Assembly (NCBI GenBank): GCA_021390615.1
Contig: JAJEJU010000023.1
Coordinates: forward strand, 356,686 to 420,685
Length of the DNA: 64,000 nucleotides
Direction of reading: 5' to 3'
Origin: Rhodanobacteraceae bacterium ZG21-1
GTDB lineage: Bacteria > Pseudomonadota > Gammaproteobacteria > Xanthomonadales > Rhodanobacteraceae
The notes under the pieces were generated by a model. That model saw only the letters and a list, made by a program, of their open reading frames with translations, was not told the DNA's origin and did no database searches. The translations under genes and the position numbers were made by a program. Positions 29,872-41,721 of the stretch are shown in pieces; within the stretch, counting starts at the first letter, position 1; each line of letters opens with the position of its first letter.

Positions 29872-30897
29872 ATGAAAAAACACTATCTCCTCTACGGCTC
29901 GGAACGTTACGCGCTGGCCATCCTGCGCCCACTGCAGGCGGCGATCCGCGCGCGCGGCGATGAAACGGCCTGGTTCTTCGACGGCCCGGGTGCCACCGAC
30001 CTGGCCGCGGACGAGCGCCTGCTGAGCGTCGAAGAAGTGCGTCGCTGGAAGCCGCTGGCGGTGTTCACCCCGGGCAATCATCTGCCGCATTTCTTTCCCG
30101 GCGCGAAGGTCGAGGTATTCCACGGCTTCGACGCCGGCAAGCCGCGCCATATCTATATCCGCGGCTTCTTCGACCTGTATTGCACCACCGGGCCGCGCGA
30201 CACCGCGCAGTTCCAGGCGCTGGCGGACCAGCTCGGCCACTTTGCGGTGGCCGAAACCGGCTGGCCCAAGCTCGATCCCTTCATGCGCGAGATCGCCGGG
30301 CCGCTGCCGCCGCTGCAGTCACCGCCGGTGATCCTGTACCACTCCACCTTTTCGCCGTCCTGGAGCGCCGCCGAGACGCTGTATGAGGAGGTGAAGCGGC
30401 TTTCGCGCGACGGCCGCTGGCGCTGGATCGTCAGCTTCCATCCGAAGATGAGCGCGGACACCGTGGCCAAGTTCAAGGCGCTGCAGAACGACCACCTCAG
30501 CTTCGCCGAGAACGACAACATCCTCGAACTGTTCCCGCAGGTCGACATGATGTGCTCGGACACCTCCTCGGCGCTGAGCGAGTTCCTGCTCACCGGCAAG
30601 CCGGTGGTGACCTTCAAGAACCGCCGCCCTGGCCCGCAGCTGATCGACATCGACGATCCGGCGCAGTTCGAGCCGGCGGTCGAGCGCGCGCTGGCGCGGC
30701 CGCCCGAGCTGATGCAGGCGATCCGCGAGTTCGCCGACGCCATCCATCCCTACCGCGACGGCCGCTCCAGCGAGCGCGTGCTGGAGGCGGTGGATGCCTT
30801 CCTCGCCGCCGGCGGACGCAGCCGGCGGCGCAAGCCGCTGAACCTGTGGCGCAAGTTCAAGCTGCGCCGGCGCATCGGCTACTGGGGACCGGCCTGA
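29872..30897 (+). CDS. CDP-glycerol glycerophosphotransferase-like (TagB/TagF family) protein
   Basis: It has a TagF-type C-terminal fold (...YHSTFSPSWSA...FHPKM...DMMCSDTSSALSEFLLTGKPVV...). The start was set at the ATG at 29872 (MKKHYLLYG), downstream of the track ORF start 29698. Confidence 0.55.
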   Translation: MKKHYLLYGSERYALAILRPLQAAIRARGDETAWFFDGPGATDLAADERLLSVEEVRRWKPLAVFTPGNHLPHFFPGAKVEVFHGFDAGKPRHIYIRGFFDLYCTTGPRDTAQFQALADQLGHFAVAETGWPKLDPFMREIAGPLPPLQSPPVILYHSTFSPSWSAAETLYEEVKRLSRDGRWRWIVSFHPKMSADTVAKFKALQNDHLSFAENDNILELFPQVDMMCSDTSSALSEFLLTGKPVVTFKNRRPGPQLIDIDDPAQFEPAVERALARPPELMQAIREFADAIHPYRDGRSSERVLEAVDAFLAAGGRSRRRKPLNLWRKFKLRRRIGYWGPA

Positions 30898-31137
30898 GCG
30901 CGGCAGCGCGGTGAGGCCGATCGCGGCTGACGCGTCGCGGCCATCAAGATCGGGGCATCGCCTGCCCGATTCGACGCAGGTTCTCGCGACGGCTGATGCG
31001 GCCGGCGCAGGCCACGCCCCGATACGGCTCTGCGTGGCTGCACCGCCCTTGCCGGGGCTCACGGGCGAGCAAACGGGCCTCGGGCGCGCGCTGTCGTTAG
31101 AATCCCTTCTTTCCTTTGTCGGACGAGTCGACGCCGC

Positions 31138-32865
31138 GTGACCTTGAACACCTCCAGCCGTCTCGAATCTCTCCGCGCCCTGTGGCCCTGGCTGCCGCTG
31201 TGGAGCGCGGTCGCCCTGCTGGCGATCTTCTCGCACGGGCCGATGCCGCTGTACTCGACGCGCACCCTGGCGGTGGCCTGGGAAATGTGGAGCCAGCACC
31301 ACTGGCTGGTGCCGCATATCAACGGCGAGCCCTACAGCGAAAAGGCGCCGCTGCTGTTCTGGCTGATCCACGCCGGCTGGCTGGCGTTCGGCGTCGGCGA
31401 CGTGTGGCCGCGCGTGCTCGAGGTGATCTTCGGCGGCGTGCAGCTGGTGCTGGCGGCGACCCTTGCCCGGCGGCTGTTCCCGCAGCATCCCTGGGTGGCG
31501 CGCGCCACGCCGTGGATGCTGATGGCGCTCAGCTACGCCTTCCTGTTCGGGCTGCAGATCATGTACGAGGTGCTGCTCGCCGACTGCGTGCTGGGCGCCC
31601 TGCTGTGCCTGACGCCGAGCCCGTCGCGCAGCGAGCCGCGCTGGTGGCTGTTCGGCCTGTGCATCGGCGCAGGCCTGCTCACCAAGGGGCCGGTGATGCT
31701 GCTGCACATCGCCTTCCCGTGGCTGCTCGGTCCGCTGTGGAACGACTGGGCGCGCGAGCACCGCGTGCGCTGGTACGGCCGCGGCGTGCTGGCGATCCTG
31801 CTCGGCCTGGCCCTGCTGCTGGCCTGGGCGGTGCCGGCCGGCTTCAGCGGCGGCGAGGCCTATCAGCATCGGCTGTTCTTCACCCAGACCGCCGGCCGCG
31901 TGGTCAAGGGCATCCAGCACGAGCAGCCGCTGCAGAGCCATGCGCGCCCGCTCTGGTGGTACCTGCTCTATCTGCCGGTGCTGATGTTCCCGTTCAGCGC
32001 CTGGCCGCGCGCGACGGCCGCCCTGCTCACCCTGCGCAAGCCGCTGAACACCGGTCTGCGCTTCCTGCTGTGCTGGCTGCTGCCGAATTTCCTGGTGTTC
32101 TCGCTGGTCAGCGGCAAGCAGGCCTACTACCCGCTGCCCGAGTTCGGCGGCGGCGCCATGCTGATCGCCGCCGCCGTGGCCCTGCTGCGCGAACGCCGCC
32201 CGGCGCTGGCCAACAACGCCTGGCTGGGCACTTGGCCGCTGGGCGTGGGCGGCGTCCTGTTCGCGCTGTTTCTGTTCGCCCTGCCCAACCTGGTGGCGGC
32301 GCATCGCCTGCACGGCGAATGGTTCGAGGGCGCGGCGGCCTACAGCCGCAGCTTCAGCGTGGCCTTCCTGCTGCTGGGCGCCCTGCTGTTGCTGCGCGGC
32401 CGCGGCGAGATGCGTCGGCTGGCCTTCGCCGGCCTGATCGGCACGCTGGTGCTCAACACGCTGTTCACCCTCACCCTGTGGCACAAGTACGACCTCGAGC
32501 CGGCCACCCGCCTGCTCGGTGCGGCCGATGCCGCCGGCCACGCGATCGGCATCGTGGGCAGCTACGAGGGCCAGTTCCAATTCGGCGGACGCCTGCACCA
32601 GCCGATCAGTGAACTGCGGCCTGGCCAGCCGATCGAGGATTTCGCCCAGGCGCATCCCGACGGCTTGATCGTGGAGCACCCCGAGAAGCTCGACGACGAC
32701 GTATTGCGCTACGCCGTACTGGTGCAGCCGTTCCGTTCGTCCTGGCTGGCGATCTGGCCGGCCAGTACGCTGGCCGACCTGCGCGCCCATCGCCAGCCGC
32801 CGGAGCCGACGGCGCCGCCACAGCTGATCTCGGTGTATCCGCCGGGACATCGCGGACTGCCGTGA
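31138..32865 (+). CDS. Glycosyltransferase family 39/83 (ArnT-like 4-amino-arabinose/mannosyl transferase family)
   Basis: It is a polytopic membrane protein with periplasmic loops (YSEKAPLLFWLIHAGW...) and a KGP motif (GLLTKGPVMLLH), matching the ArnT/PMT_2 signature. It uses a GTG start. It is the second ArnT-like protein in the locus. Confidence 0.75.
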   Translation: MTLNTSSRLESLRALWPWLPLWSAVALLAIFSHGPMPLYSTRTLAVAWEMWSQHHWLVPHINGEPYSEKAPLLFWLIHAGWLAFGVGDVWPRVLEVIFGGVQLVLAATLARRLFPQHPWVARATPWMLMALSYAFLFGLQIMYEVLLADCVLGALLCLTPSPSRSEPRWWLFGLCIGAGLLTKGPVMLLHIAFPWLLGPLWNDWAREHRVRWYGRGVLAILLGLALLLAWAVPAGFSGGEAYQHRLFFTQTAGRVVKGIQHEQPLQSHARPLWWYLLYLPVLMFPFSAWPRATAALLTLRKPLNTGLRFLLCWLLPNFLVFSLVSGKQAYYPLPEFGGGAMLIAAAVALLRERRPALANNAWLGTWPLGVGGVLFALFLFALPNLVAAHRLHGEWFEGAAAYSRSFSVAFLLLGALLLLRGRGEMRRLAFAGLIGTLVLNTLFTLTLWHKYDLEPATRLLGAADAAGHAIGIVGSYEGQFQFGGRLHQPISELRPGQPIEDFAQAHPDGLIVEHPEKLDDDVLRYAVLVQPFRSSWLAIWPASTLADLRAHRQPPEPTAPPQLISVYPPGHRGLP

Positions 32866-33191
32866 ACGCCATGCTGATCGCCAGCCTGCGCGCGCAGTGC
32901 GGCGGCCCGCGCGACGGCGCGCTGTTGCGTTTCTCGCTGGGCAACGCGCTGCTGAATACCGGCGACGCGCAAGCTGCGATAGAGGAGCTGCAACGCGCCG
33001 TCGCCTTCGATCCGGCGTATTCGGCAGCCTGGAAGTTGCTCGGCAAGGCCTGCCTGGCCACGGACCGCCGCGACGACGCAGCCGCCGCATGGCGACAAGG
33101 CATCGAGGCCGCCCGCCAGCGCGGCGACAAGCAGGCGGAGAAGGAAATGGCGGTATTTCTGCGGCGGCTGGAAAAGCCCGCGCAGGACTGA
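32862..33191 (+). CDS. Small TPR-repeat protein
   Basis: It has two or three tetratricopeptide-like repeats (...GNALLNTGDAQAAIEELQRAVAFDPAYSAAWKLLGKACL...). Its GTGA overlaps the ArnT-like stop. Confidence 0.6.
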   Translation: MNAMLIASLRAQCGGPRDGALLRFSLGNALLNTGDAQAAIEELQRAVAFDPAYSAAWKLLGKACLATDRRDDAAAAWRQGIEAARQRGDKQAEKEMAVFLRRLEKPAQD

Positions 33192-33262
33192 GTGCCGCCT
33201 TGTCCGGCGACCCCGGCATGACCGCCCCCGCCGGCGCATCACTCATACCGAGGATCGGCCCA

Positions 33263-33757
33263 ATGGACATCCCCGCCGCCTTCCATGTGCACGAAACCGC
33301 GCACTGGCTGGTCAATCATCGAATCAACTCGGCGCTGCCGGGCTACCTGATGGTGGGCTCGAAGCACGGCGCGAACGATCTATCCGGCCTGCCGGCGCCG
33401 GCCCTGGCCGAGCTCGGCCCCTTGCTGGCCCGCGCACAGGGCGCGCTGCGGCAGACCCTGCAGGCGCCACGGGTCTATCTCGGGCGCTACGGCCATTCGC
33501 CGGGCTATCCGATCCATTTTCATGTGATCCCGATCTATGCCTGGGTGGAGGCGCTGTTCTGGCAGGACACGCGCTACCGGATCCTGGAAAGCCTGGCGGA
33601 CGGGCCAGGCGAGACGCCCACCGACGGCGCCGAGCTGACCTTGTTCGTGTGGCGCGAATTCTGCGAACGGGCGGTGCCGCCGCCGGTGCAGGGGCCTTCG
33701 GTGGCCGCGTCAATCGCCTTGCTTCGCGCCGCCATGCAGGCGGAAGAGCTCGCCTGA
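33263..33757 (+). CDS. HIT-family (histidine triad) hydrolase
   Basis: It has the HxHxHxx motif HFHVIPI preceded by a nucleotide-binding loop. The start was set at MDIPAAFHV. Confidence 0.65.
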   Translation: MDIPAAFHVHETAHWLVNHRINSALPGYLMVGSKHGANDLSGLPAPALAELGPLLARAQGALRQTLQAPRVYLGRYGHSPGYPIHFHVIPIYAWVEALFWQDTRYRILESLADGPGETPTDGAELTLFVWREFCERAVPPPVQGPSVAASIALLRAAMQAEELA

Positions 33758-33787
33758 CCGCACTGGTGTGCGATGCGGCGGCTGTCG

Positions 33788-34696
33788 CTAGCCGCCGCCG
33801 TCGATGGCGCTTTCGTTGTCGTACGGGCTAGTGCGGTCGTCCGCCGAATAGCGCTTGTAGTGCCACTGATACTGCGCGAAGGCGCGTTCGACACAGTGTT
33901 CGACGCCGCGGTTGAGCGCCGTGCAGGCCACGCCGAGATCGGCGTCAGCCAGGCCTTCCGGCGCCGGCAGGATATGCACGCGGTAGCCCTCGCCCCGCGG
34001 CAGCCGCTCGGCGAAGGCGTACAGCACGGTGGCGCCGGTGCGCGCGGCCAGCCGCGGCAGCAGCACCATGGTGAGCGCGTCGCGGCCGAAGAACGGCGCG
34101 AACTCGCCCTCGCCCGCGCGCGGCTTCTGGTCCGGCAGGATGCCCACCGTGCCGCCGGCCGCCAGCCGCTTGTACAGCGTGCGCACGCCGGCGCCGTCGG
34201 CGCGCACCTGCTCCGGCGCCAATGCGCCGCGTACCTTGCGCAGCAGCGCCTCAACCGCACCGATGCGCGGCGGCCGGTACAAGATCGCCATCGCAGTGCG
34301 GCTGCACAGCCAGTAGTTCAGCAGCTCCCAGCAGCCCAGATGCGGCGCCGCGATGATCACGCCCTTGTCGCTGGCCAGGGCGGCATCGAACAGCTCGATG
34401 CCACGCACCTCGCGGATCAGGCCCAGCGCGCGCTCGGCGCCGCCGCCCCAGATCTTGGCCAGCTCGGTGATCGACTTGCCGCTCTCGATCATGATCTCGC
34501 GCAGCAGCCCGGCCCTTGCCGAGGCGTCGAGCCCCCGCCGCACGATGCGCAGATTGACCTCGCTGTAGTGGGCCGGGCCGCTGCGCCGCCACAGCGAAAG
34601 ACGACCCAGCCCCGCGCCGATCGCATGCAAGGCGCGCAGCGGCAGCAGGCCGAGCAGGCGCAGCAGCAGGTAGATGATGCGGATATCGAGGCGCAT
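33788..34696 (-). CDS. lpxL: Lipid A biosynthesis lauroyl/myristoyl acyltransferase (LpxL/HtrB family)
   Basis: It has an N-terminal membrane anchor (MRLDIRIIYLLLRLLGLLPL) and the HX4D-type motif (IIAAPHLGCWELL), typical of the lysophospholipid acyltransferase (LpxL) family. The start was set 27 codons inside the track ORF. Confidence 0.8.
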   Translation of the reverse strand: MRLDIRIIYLLLRLLGLLPLRALHAIGAGLGRLSLWRRSGPAHYSEVNLRIVRRGLDASARAGLLREIMIESGKSITELAKIWGGGAERALGLIREVRGIELFDAALASDKGVIIAAPHLGCWELLNYWLCSRTAMAILYRPPRIGAVEALLRKVRGALAPEQVRADGAGVRTLYKRLAAGGTVGILPDQKPRAGEGEFAPFFGRDALTMVLLPRLAARTGATVLYAFAERLPRGEGYRVHILPAPEGLADADLGVACTALNRGVEHCVERAFAQYQWHYKRYSADDRTSPYDNESAIDGGG

Positions 34697-34811
34697 AAGC
34701 CGTGCAGTGTAACTGTGCCGGCGCCCTGCCCGACAAGGCGCGCGGCGGCCGCCGATTCCACGCCGGCCGTGCTCCACGTAAGCTGGTCCGCCCTATGAAG
34801 GCCTCGTCCCG

Positions 34812-35252
34812 ATGATCGCTCTGATCCAGCGCGTCCGTTCCGCCCGCGTCGAGGTCGAACAGCAAATCGTCGGCGCCATCGATGCGGGGCTGCTGGCGCT
34901 GGTCGCGGTCCAGCCGGACGACGGCGAGGCGCAGGCCAAGCGCCTGCTGGAACGCCTGCTCGGCTATCGCGTGTTCGGCGACGAGCAGGGCCGGATGAAC
35001 CGTTCGCTGGCGGACACCGGCGGCGGCCTGCTGCTGGTCAGCCAGTTCACCCTGGCCGCCGACACGCGCAAAGGCATGCGCCCCAGCTTCACTTCCGCCG
35101 CGCCGCCGGAACACGGCCGCCACTGGTTCGAGCGCCTGGTCGAGCTGGCACGCGCCGCACATCCGGGGGTGGAAATCGGGCGCTTCGGTGCCCATATGGA
35201 GGTGCACCTGGTCAACGACGGCCCGGTGACGTTCTGGCTGGAGGCTCCCTGA
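34812..35252 (+). CDS. dtd: D-aminoacyl-tRNA deacylase
   Basis: [15 protein letters not shown]......SQFTL....GxRPSF... is collinear with Dtd (145 aa, C-terminal SQFTLAAD motif). Confidence 0.9.
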   Translation: MIALIQRVRSARVEVEQQIVGAIDAGLLALVAVQPDDGEAQAKRLLERLLGYRVFGDEQGRMNRSLADTGGGLLLVSQFTLAADTRKGMRPSFTSAAPPEHGRHWFERLVELARAAHPGVEIGRFGAHMEVHLVNDGPVTFWLEAP

Positions 35253-35339
35253 ACCGGGAGCGCGCAACGGCTGCGAAATAGCCCTTTAAAACACCGGAAA
35301 ACGTCGATCTGGCGCGATTCTTGCTGCGTATTGCACAGC

Positions 35340-35385
35340 AAAAATATCACTTGAAATCTGGTCAAAAAAGCAGCACATCGCTATA
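35340..35385 (+). promoter_or_regulatory. Candidate sigma70-type promoter region for rpoD
   Basis: An AT-rich segment with TATACT as a -10 candidate lies about 38 bp upstream of the rpoD ATG, preceded by TTGAAA/TTGCAC-like hexamers. Spacing is ambiguous. Confidence 0.25.
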
Positions 35386-35416
35386 CTGATTGGTTCTTAA
35401 CCCCACGGCGGTCGGC

Positions 35417-37282
<1,866 letters not shown>

Positions 37283-37304
37283 GCGCCAGCCTCGGCCTGA
37301 AACT

Positions 37305-37334
37305 AAAAGCCCCGCATGTCGCGGGGCTTTTTTA
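37305..37334. terminator. Bidirectional rho-independent terminator (rpoD and the convergent NTF2-like gene)
   Basis: AAAAGCCCCGC-ATGTC-GCGGGGCTTTTTT forms a GC stem flanked by an A-tract on one side and a T-tract on the other, between the convergent stops at 37282 and 37353. Confidence 0.85.
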
Positions 37335-37352
37335 TGGCTTGCTCAAGCGCGC

Positions 37353-37724
37353 TCAGCCGGCGTCGTAGAAGAACTGCTCGTGATCGATCTTGCCGTTCTT
37401 CACGTGGTAGACGCAGATCTCGCTCATGTTCATGCGCCCGACTTCCTTCATGCTCAGGTCCAAGATCATCGTCATGCTGAACCAGTCACCGGCCACCAGC
37501 GGATCGCTGACTTCGATGCCGTGCACCTGCTCGACCCGCGCCATGAACACCTCGCCCTTCCTGTAGATCGCCTCGAGGCCGCGCACGTTGCCCAGCTCGC
37601 CCTGCGACATGTTCTCCGGTTCGACGCTGGTCGCGTCCTGCGCATACAGCTCGCGCTGCGCATCCTCGAATTTGCCTTCGCGGCACAGTGCCACCAGTCG
37701 TTTCGCGATGTCTTGGGTATTCAT
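37353..37724 (-). CDS. NTF2-like / SnoaL-like domain protein (hypothetical)
   Basis: It is 123 aa with the alpha+beta cone fold pattern (...DATSVEPE...WFSMTMILDLSMKEVGRMNMSEICVYHVKNGKI...), typical of SnoaL/DUF4440-like proteins. Confidence 0.55.
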   Translation of the reverse strand: MNTQDIAKRLVALCREGKFEDAQRELYAQDATSVEPENMSQGELGNVRGLEAIYRKGEVFMARVEQVHGIEVSDPLVAGDWFSMTMILDLSMKEVGRMNMSEICVYHVKNGKIDHEQFFYDAG

Positions 37725-37946
37725 GTCACGACTCTCCTGCCTTGGGGCTCTTTAGCGTACACCTGCGGCTCGGGCGGTCATGCGGTGCGCATCGCGGTAG
37801 CCTGCGAAGCGCACCTCGGTTTACCACCATCCATCCTGGCGGCCATCGGAGCAGCCACGGTGGCGGCACATGCGTGCGGCATCCAAGCCATCGATCGCTG
37901 CCTTCCTGGCGCCGCCACCGCAGACTGACTCATGGCCCGCACAGGC

Positions 37947-39938
37947 TTATCCGCGCGCTTCCGTCGATGACGGTTCCAGCGAGCGGCCCGGCAGTTCCGC
38001 GTCGACCCGGTCGGCCAGCAGGGAGCTGGCGAGCTGGATCAACGACGACAGGCCCTGGCCGCCGCTCTCGCCGCCCAGGGCAATCCGCGGCACGATCGGA
38101 ATCTGACCGTCGCGGATCGCCTCAGCGAACTGCGCACCCAGCGTATTGATCAATTGCAGGCGCGCGCCCTCGCCGGTCAGCGCCTGCGACTTGGCCTGGA
38201 TCGCCTCGGCCTCGGCCTTGCCCACCGCAGCGACCGCCGAGGCCTTGCCATCACCTTCGGCGGTAAGGCGGCGACGCTCGGCGTCGGCATTGATGCCGAT
38301 CACCTCGGCGCGCTTGTTGGCTTCCACCACGGCCGCCTCGCCCACGTTCTTCTTGATCTCGATGTGGATCACCGAATTGGTCAGTTCGGCCTGGATGTCC
38401 GTCTTCGCACGCGCCTCGCGCAGCGAGCGCTCCTTCATCGCCGACTGCTCCTGCAGTTCGTAGGTGGCCACCTGCTCGATGGCGACCTGGCGATCGCGCA
38501 ACTGGTTGAGGATGGTGTCGATGCGCGCGCCGGAGGCATCGCCAGCGCTGCCGTGCGGCGTGCCGATGAGCACTTCCTGCAGTTCCAGGTTGTAGGCGGC
38601 GAAGCGCTCCATCATCTCCACGCCGGCCAGCTTCTGCACTTCCGCACGGTCCTGGATCAGCTGGATCAAGGTCTTGGTCTGGCCGATGTTCTTGAAGTAC
38701 GCGCTGACCATCGGGTCCAGCGTCTGGTCGACCAGGCGCTTGATGTCGCCGAAGCGCTGCACCACCAGCGGCGCCTTGCGGTAGTCGATATGCACGACCA
38801 CCGACAACGGCAGCAGCGGCTCGAAGGCATCCTTGGTAATCAACGACACCTCGGTGAGGTTCTCGTCGAACTTATGGATATTGGTCACTTCCGGCGTCCA
38901 CTTAAGGATGAAGTTGGTGGTCGGCACCAGCTGGATCTTGCCGGCGTAGCTATTGAAGGCGTACTTGCCCGGCAGCAGCGGCTCTTTCCACACGCCACGG
39001 CATTCGCTGTCCACCAGCTCGCCGTGCGAGTAGCCCTCGCCCGAACGGTCCATGCCCGCCTTGCCGATGTAGGAGACCACCACGCCCACGAAGCCGACCG
39101 GCACCACCGTCTTCGGAATGAAGTCCACGGTGGCGAACAGGCGGTTGATGTAATACGTGCCTTCCACCAGCACCTGGTGCTGGCGGCCGCGATTGCCGCC
39201 AGCGCGCAGGAAGGCGTCGATGTTCTGGAAGTTGTTGTGGAAGGTGGCCTTGTTGGCCGGGTCCTGGCCGACACGCGGTGCGACGATCTCGTCCGGCGGC
39301 AGCACCGGACCGTCATGCACCGTCACCACGCCGAGCATGTCGTTGACCGCATCTTCGGCCGCGCCCTTCGGGTGACCGCCCACGATGATGACCGGGGAGA
39401 AGCCGCCACGATCGCGCAGCACATTGCCCATCTGGTCGATGGTGCCGCGCTCCTCCTCGGAAAGCAGCAGGCCATGCACGCGCGAGGCGGTAATGATGGC
39501 GAACTGCGCGACGTTGATCGCGTAGGTGCCCTCGCGAAGAATCGCGCGCTGCGGGCCCTTCTGCCCGCCCGCCTTGAGATAGCCGGCCGTATCCTCGATG
39601 CCGGCTTCAATGTTCCGACCGAGCGCCTGGCCATCCGACAGCTCGCGACCGTCGCGGGCGAAGATGTAGCCGATCTCGCCCTGCGGAATCGTCACCAGAT
39701 CCACTTTGTGCACGCGGTACTGGAACGGATAGAAATAATGCAGGCCGCCGCGCAGCACTTCCGGCTGATAGCCCACCTCGGCGTTCAGCGCGATCAGGCC
39801 GCGCTTGAGCGAAGGCGCGCCCCATAGCCGCTCGACCACGCCCACGCGATCGTTGGGGATGTAGACGATGGCGTTGGAGATATACACCATCAACCCCAAC
39901 GCAATGACAGAAACGGCGACCTCGATTAGCCAGTTCAT
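37947..39938 (-). CDS. Flotillin-like SPFH (band-7) domain protein
   Basis: An N-terminal transmembrane helix (MNWLIEVAVSVIALGLMVYI) is followed by an SPFH domain. The long EA-rich coiled coil (...ANKRAEVIGINADAERRRLTAEGDGKASAVAAVGKAEAEAIQAKSQAL...) matches the YqiK/flotillin architecture. The start was set at MNWLIEV. Confidence 0.85.
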   Translation of the reverse strand: MNWLIEVAVSVIALGLMVYISNAIVYIPNDRVGVVERLWGAPSLKRGLIALNAEVGYQPEVLRGGLHYFYPFQYRVHKVDLVTIPQGEIGYIFARDGRELSDGQALGRNIEAGIEDTAGYLKAGGQKGPQRAILREGTYAINVAQFAIITASRVHGLLLSEEERGTIDQMGNVLRDRGGFSPVIIVGGHPKGAAEDAVNDMLGVVTVHDGPVLPPDEIVAPRVGQDPANKATFHNNFQNIDAFLRAGGNRGRQHQVLVEGTYYINRLFATVDFIPKTVVPVGFVGVVVSYIGKAGMDRSGEGYSHGELVDSECRGVWKEPLLPGKYAFNSYAGKIQLVPTTNFILKWTPEVTNIHKFDENLTEVSLITKDAFEPLLPLSVVVHIDYRKAPLVVQRFGDIKRLVDQTLDPMVSAYFKNIGQTKTLIQLIQDRAEVQKLAGVEMMERFAAYNLELQEVLIGTPHGSAGDASGARIDTILNQLRDRQVAIEQVATYELQEQSAMKERSLREARAKTDIQAELTNSVIHIEIKKNVGEAAVVEANKRAEVIGINADAERRRLTAEGDGKASAVAAVGKAEAEAIQAKSQALTGEGARLQLINTLGAQFAEAIRDGQIPIVPRIALGGESGGQGLSSLIQLASSLLADRVDAELPGRSLEPSSTEARG

Positions 39939-40272
39939 GGCAGCATGTCCTTTGTGGATGTAGAAGGGCCCGGCATCAGGCCGGGAAACGAAACCGGTGC
40001 AGGCGCGGCACGACGCATGACGCAAGCTCGCTGGCCTGGGTCGCGCCTGGAATTCGAAGAGCTGAATGCGGTCAGCCGAAGCCGAGCACTCTCGATGGCT
40101 GCCGCCATGAGATCGGCACGGACGGCATGGGAGCGCAGCTACGTTGGAAGCCGCAGCGCTACCGAAGAAGCAAAACCGCCGCGGGCCGTGGCGGCAGTGC
40201 CGGCCGGGACCAGGGCATCGGACTCGCCTGCATGGCGAACCGGGTTTGCATGGGTGTTCATGTCCACACTTC

Positions 40273-40875
40273 CTACCGAATCAGGTCAGAAAGCTCGTTG
40301 AGCGCATCGACCGTATTGCGGCCAAGCACGTCCAGTTCCTCGACGATATTGGCCAGCGGCGCATGCGCGGATAGTTGCCCGAAAAGAATGTAGTACTCGC
40401 CCACCAGGCCGACATTCGACAGCGGCAGGGTCGGACCCAGACGCAGACAGGCGTCGTTGAACCTGGCGACGTCGCTCACGGCCTGGCGCTTGCAGAGCGC
40501 CGTCGCCACGAGAATCTCGTGGTTGGCGACCACCAGCTGGGCCATTCTTCCGCCATAGCGGACCAGGGCGAGTTCGATGGTTGCCGTCTCGGCATGTTGC
40601 TCGAGATCGGCCAGCTCTCCGTGCGTGTCGGCATAGACCTGCAGCGCGGCGTGCAGGCTGGCCATGCTCCAGGACGCACTCGGGTTCGCGGTATCCATGC
40701 CCTCGATCAGCTGCTCGGTGCGGGCGCTGCGATAGCGGCGCAGAAAGGCGCGCACGAGCGCCTGCTCGTCCTCGGCCATGTAGATGCGCGGAATGGTCAT
40801 GCCCAAGCCGGCCATCCGCTCGCGAAACGCCTTCTGGCGCTTCGCCCCTGGGCTGACATGCTGCTTGGACGACAT
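40273..40875 (-). CDS. Hypothetical protein
   Basis: It is a 200-aa soluble helical ORF with host-like codon usage and no recognisable motif. Confidence 0.4.
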   Translation of the reverse strand: MSSKQHVSPGAKRQKAFRERMAGLGMTIPRIYMAEDEQALVRAFLRRYRSARTEQLIEGMDTANPSASWSMASLHAALQVYADTHGELADLEQHAETATIELALVRYGGRMAQLVVANHEILVATALCKRQAVSDVARFNDACLRLGPTLPLSNVGLVGEYYILFGQLSAHAPLANIVEELDVLGRNTVDALNELSDLIR

Positions 40876-41216
40876 AGGACTGCCGAACTCCCTGGTACGC
40901 ACGCTGTTAGGCGTAACGTTAGGCGTAACTTACTCCCAGGGCTGGCCGCTACACAATCACATCTTGCTGCAACGGAGGCCGCGGCCTTGGTTCATCCATC
41001 CCCGGTAGCTTCAGCCGAAAGGAAGCGAAACAGACTGAACTCCGACCATGCCTTCCGCGCGACGCGATCGGGGACTACCGCTACTGCTCCAAAGATGCCC
41101 TGCGAACTTCGACACGAACACGCAAGCCGAGGGAATAGAAGACCTGCACCCTCGACGCTACCGCCCCCCACCGCTAAGATTGCGGCCTTGTGCCAAACCG
41201 CGCGCGGCATGCATGC

Positions 41217-41292
<76 letters not shown>

Positions 41293-41721
41293 CCCCCTCC
41301 TCGCGAACCGCTCTCTCAAGCGAATCGCCCATCCCTTGAAACCCTGGTGCGGCACGGTTTCTAAGATTTGCCCCTTGGACTTCAGCCTTGCGCAATCCGG
41401 CGAAAATTTCGCCAGATTCTTCACCTTCGCTCTCCGTTTCTCCGTCCCTCTGGACTTGGCATTCCAAAGACCATTGGCATTCCAAAGACCAAGGGATGCT
41501 TGACGTGTCCGGTTGGAAATCAGCGCACTACGCCTGGCTCCGGGACAGCAATTCCTGCGTCACACCTACGCAGCGAAAGATGCAACCGGCGTCATCGCGG
41601 GTACTCAAGCGCAGCAACAAGGAGCCCAAGCTGACATCGGGTATCTTGTGTTTGAATGAACTGCCAGCTACTCCCGACACCAAGCGGACATTGCCAGGAA
41701 GAGGCCTCAGGGACAGGGAAT

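Noticed and set aside
30319-33315. 998-aa minus-strand ORF
   Set aside because: It is antisense to clearly motif-bearing plus-strand genes (TagB-like, ArnT-like, TPR). Its composition is Arg/Ala/Pro/Gly-rich nonsense typical of high-GC antisense frames.
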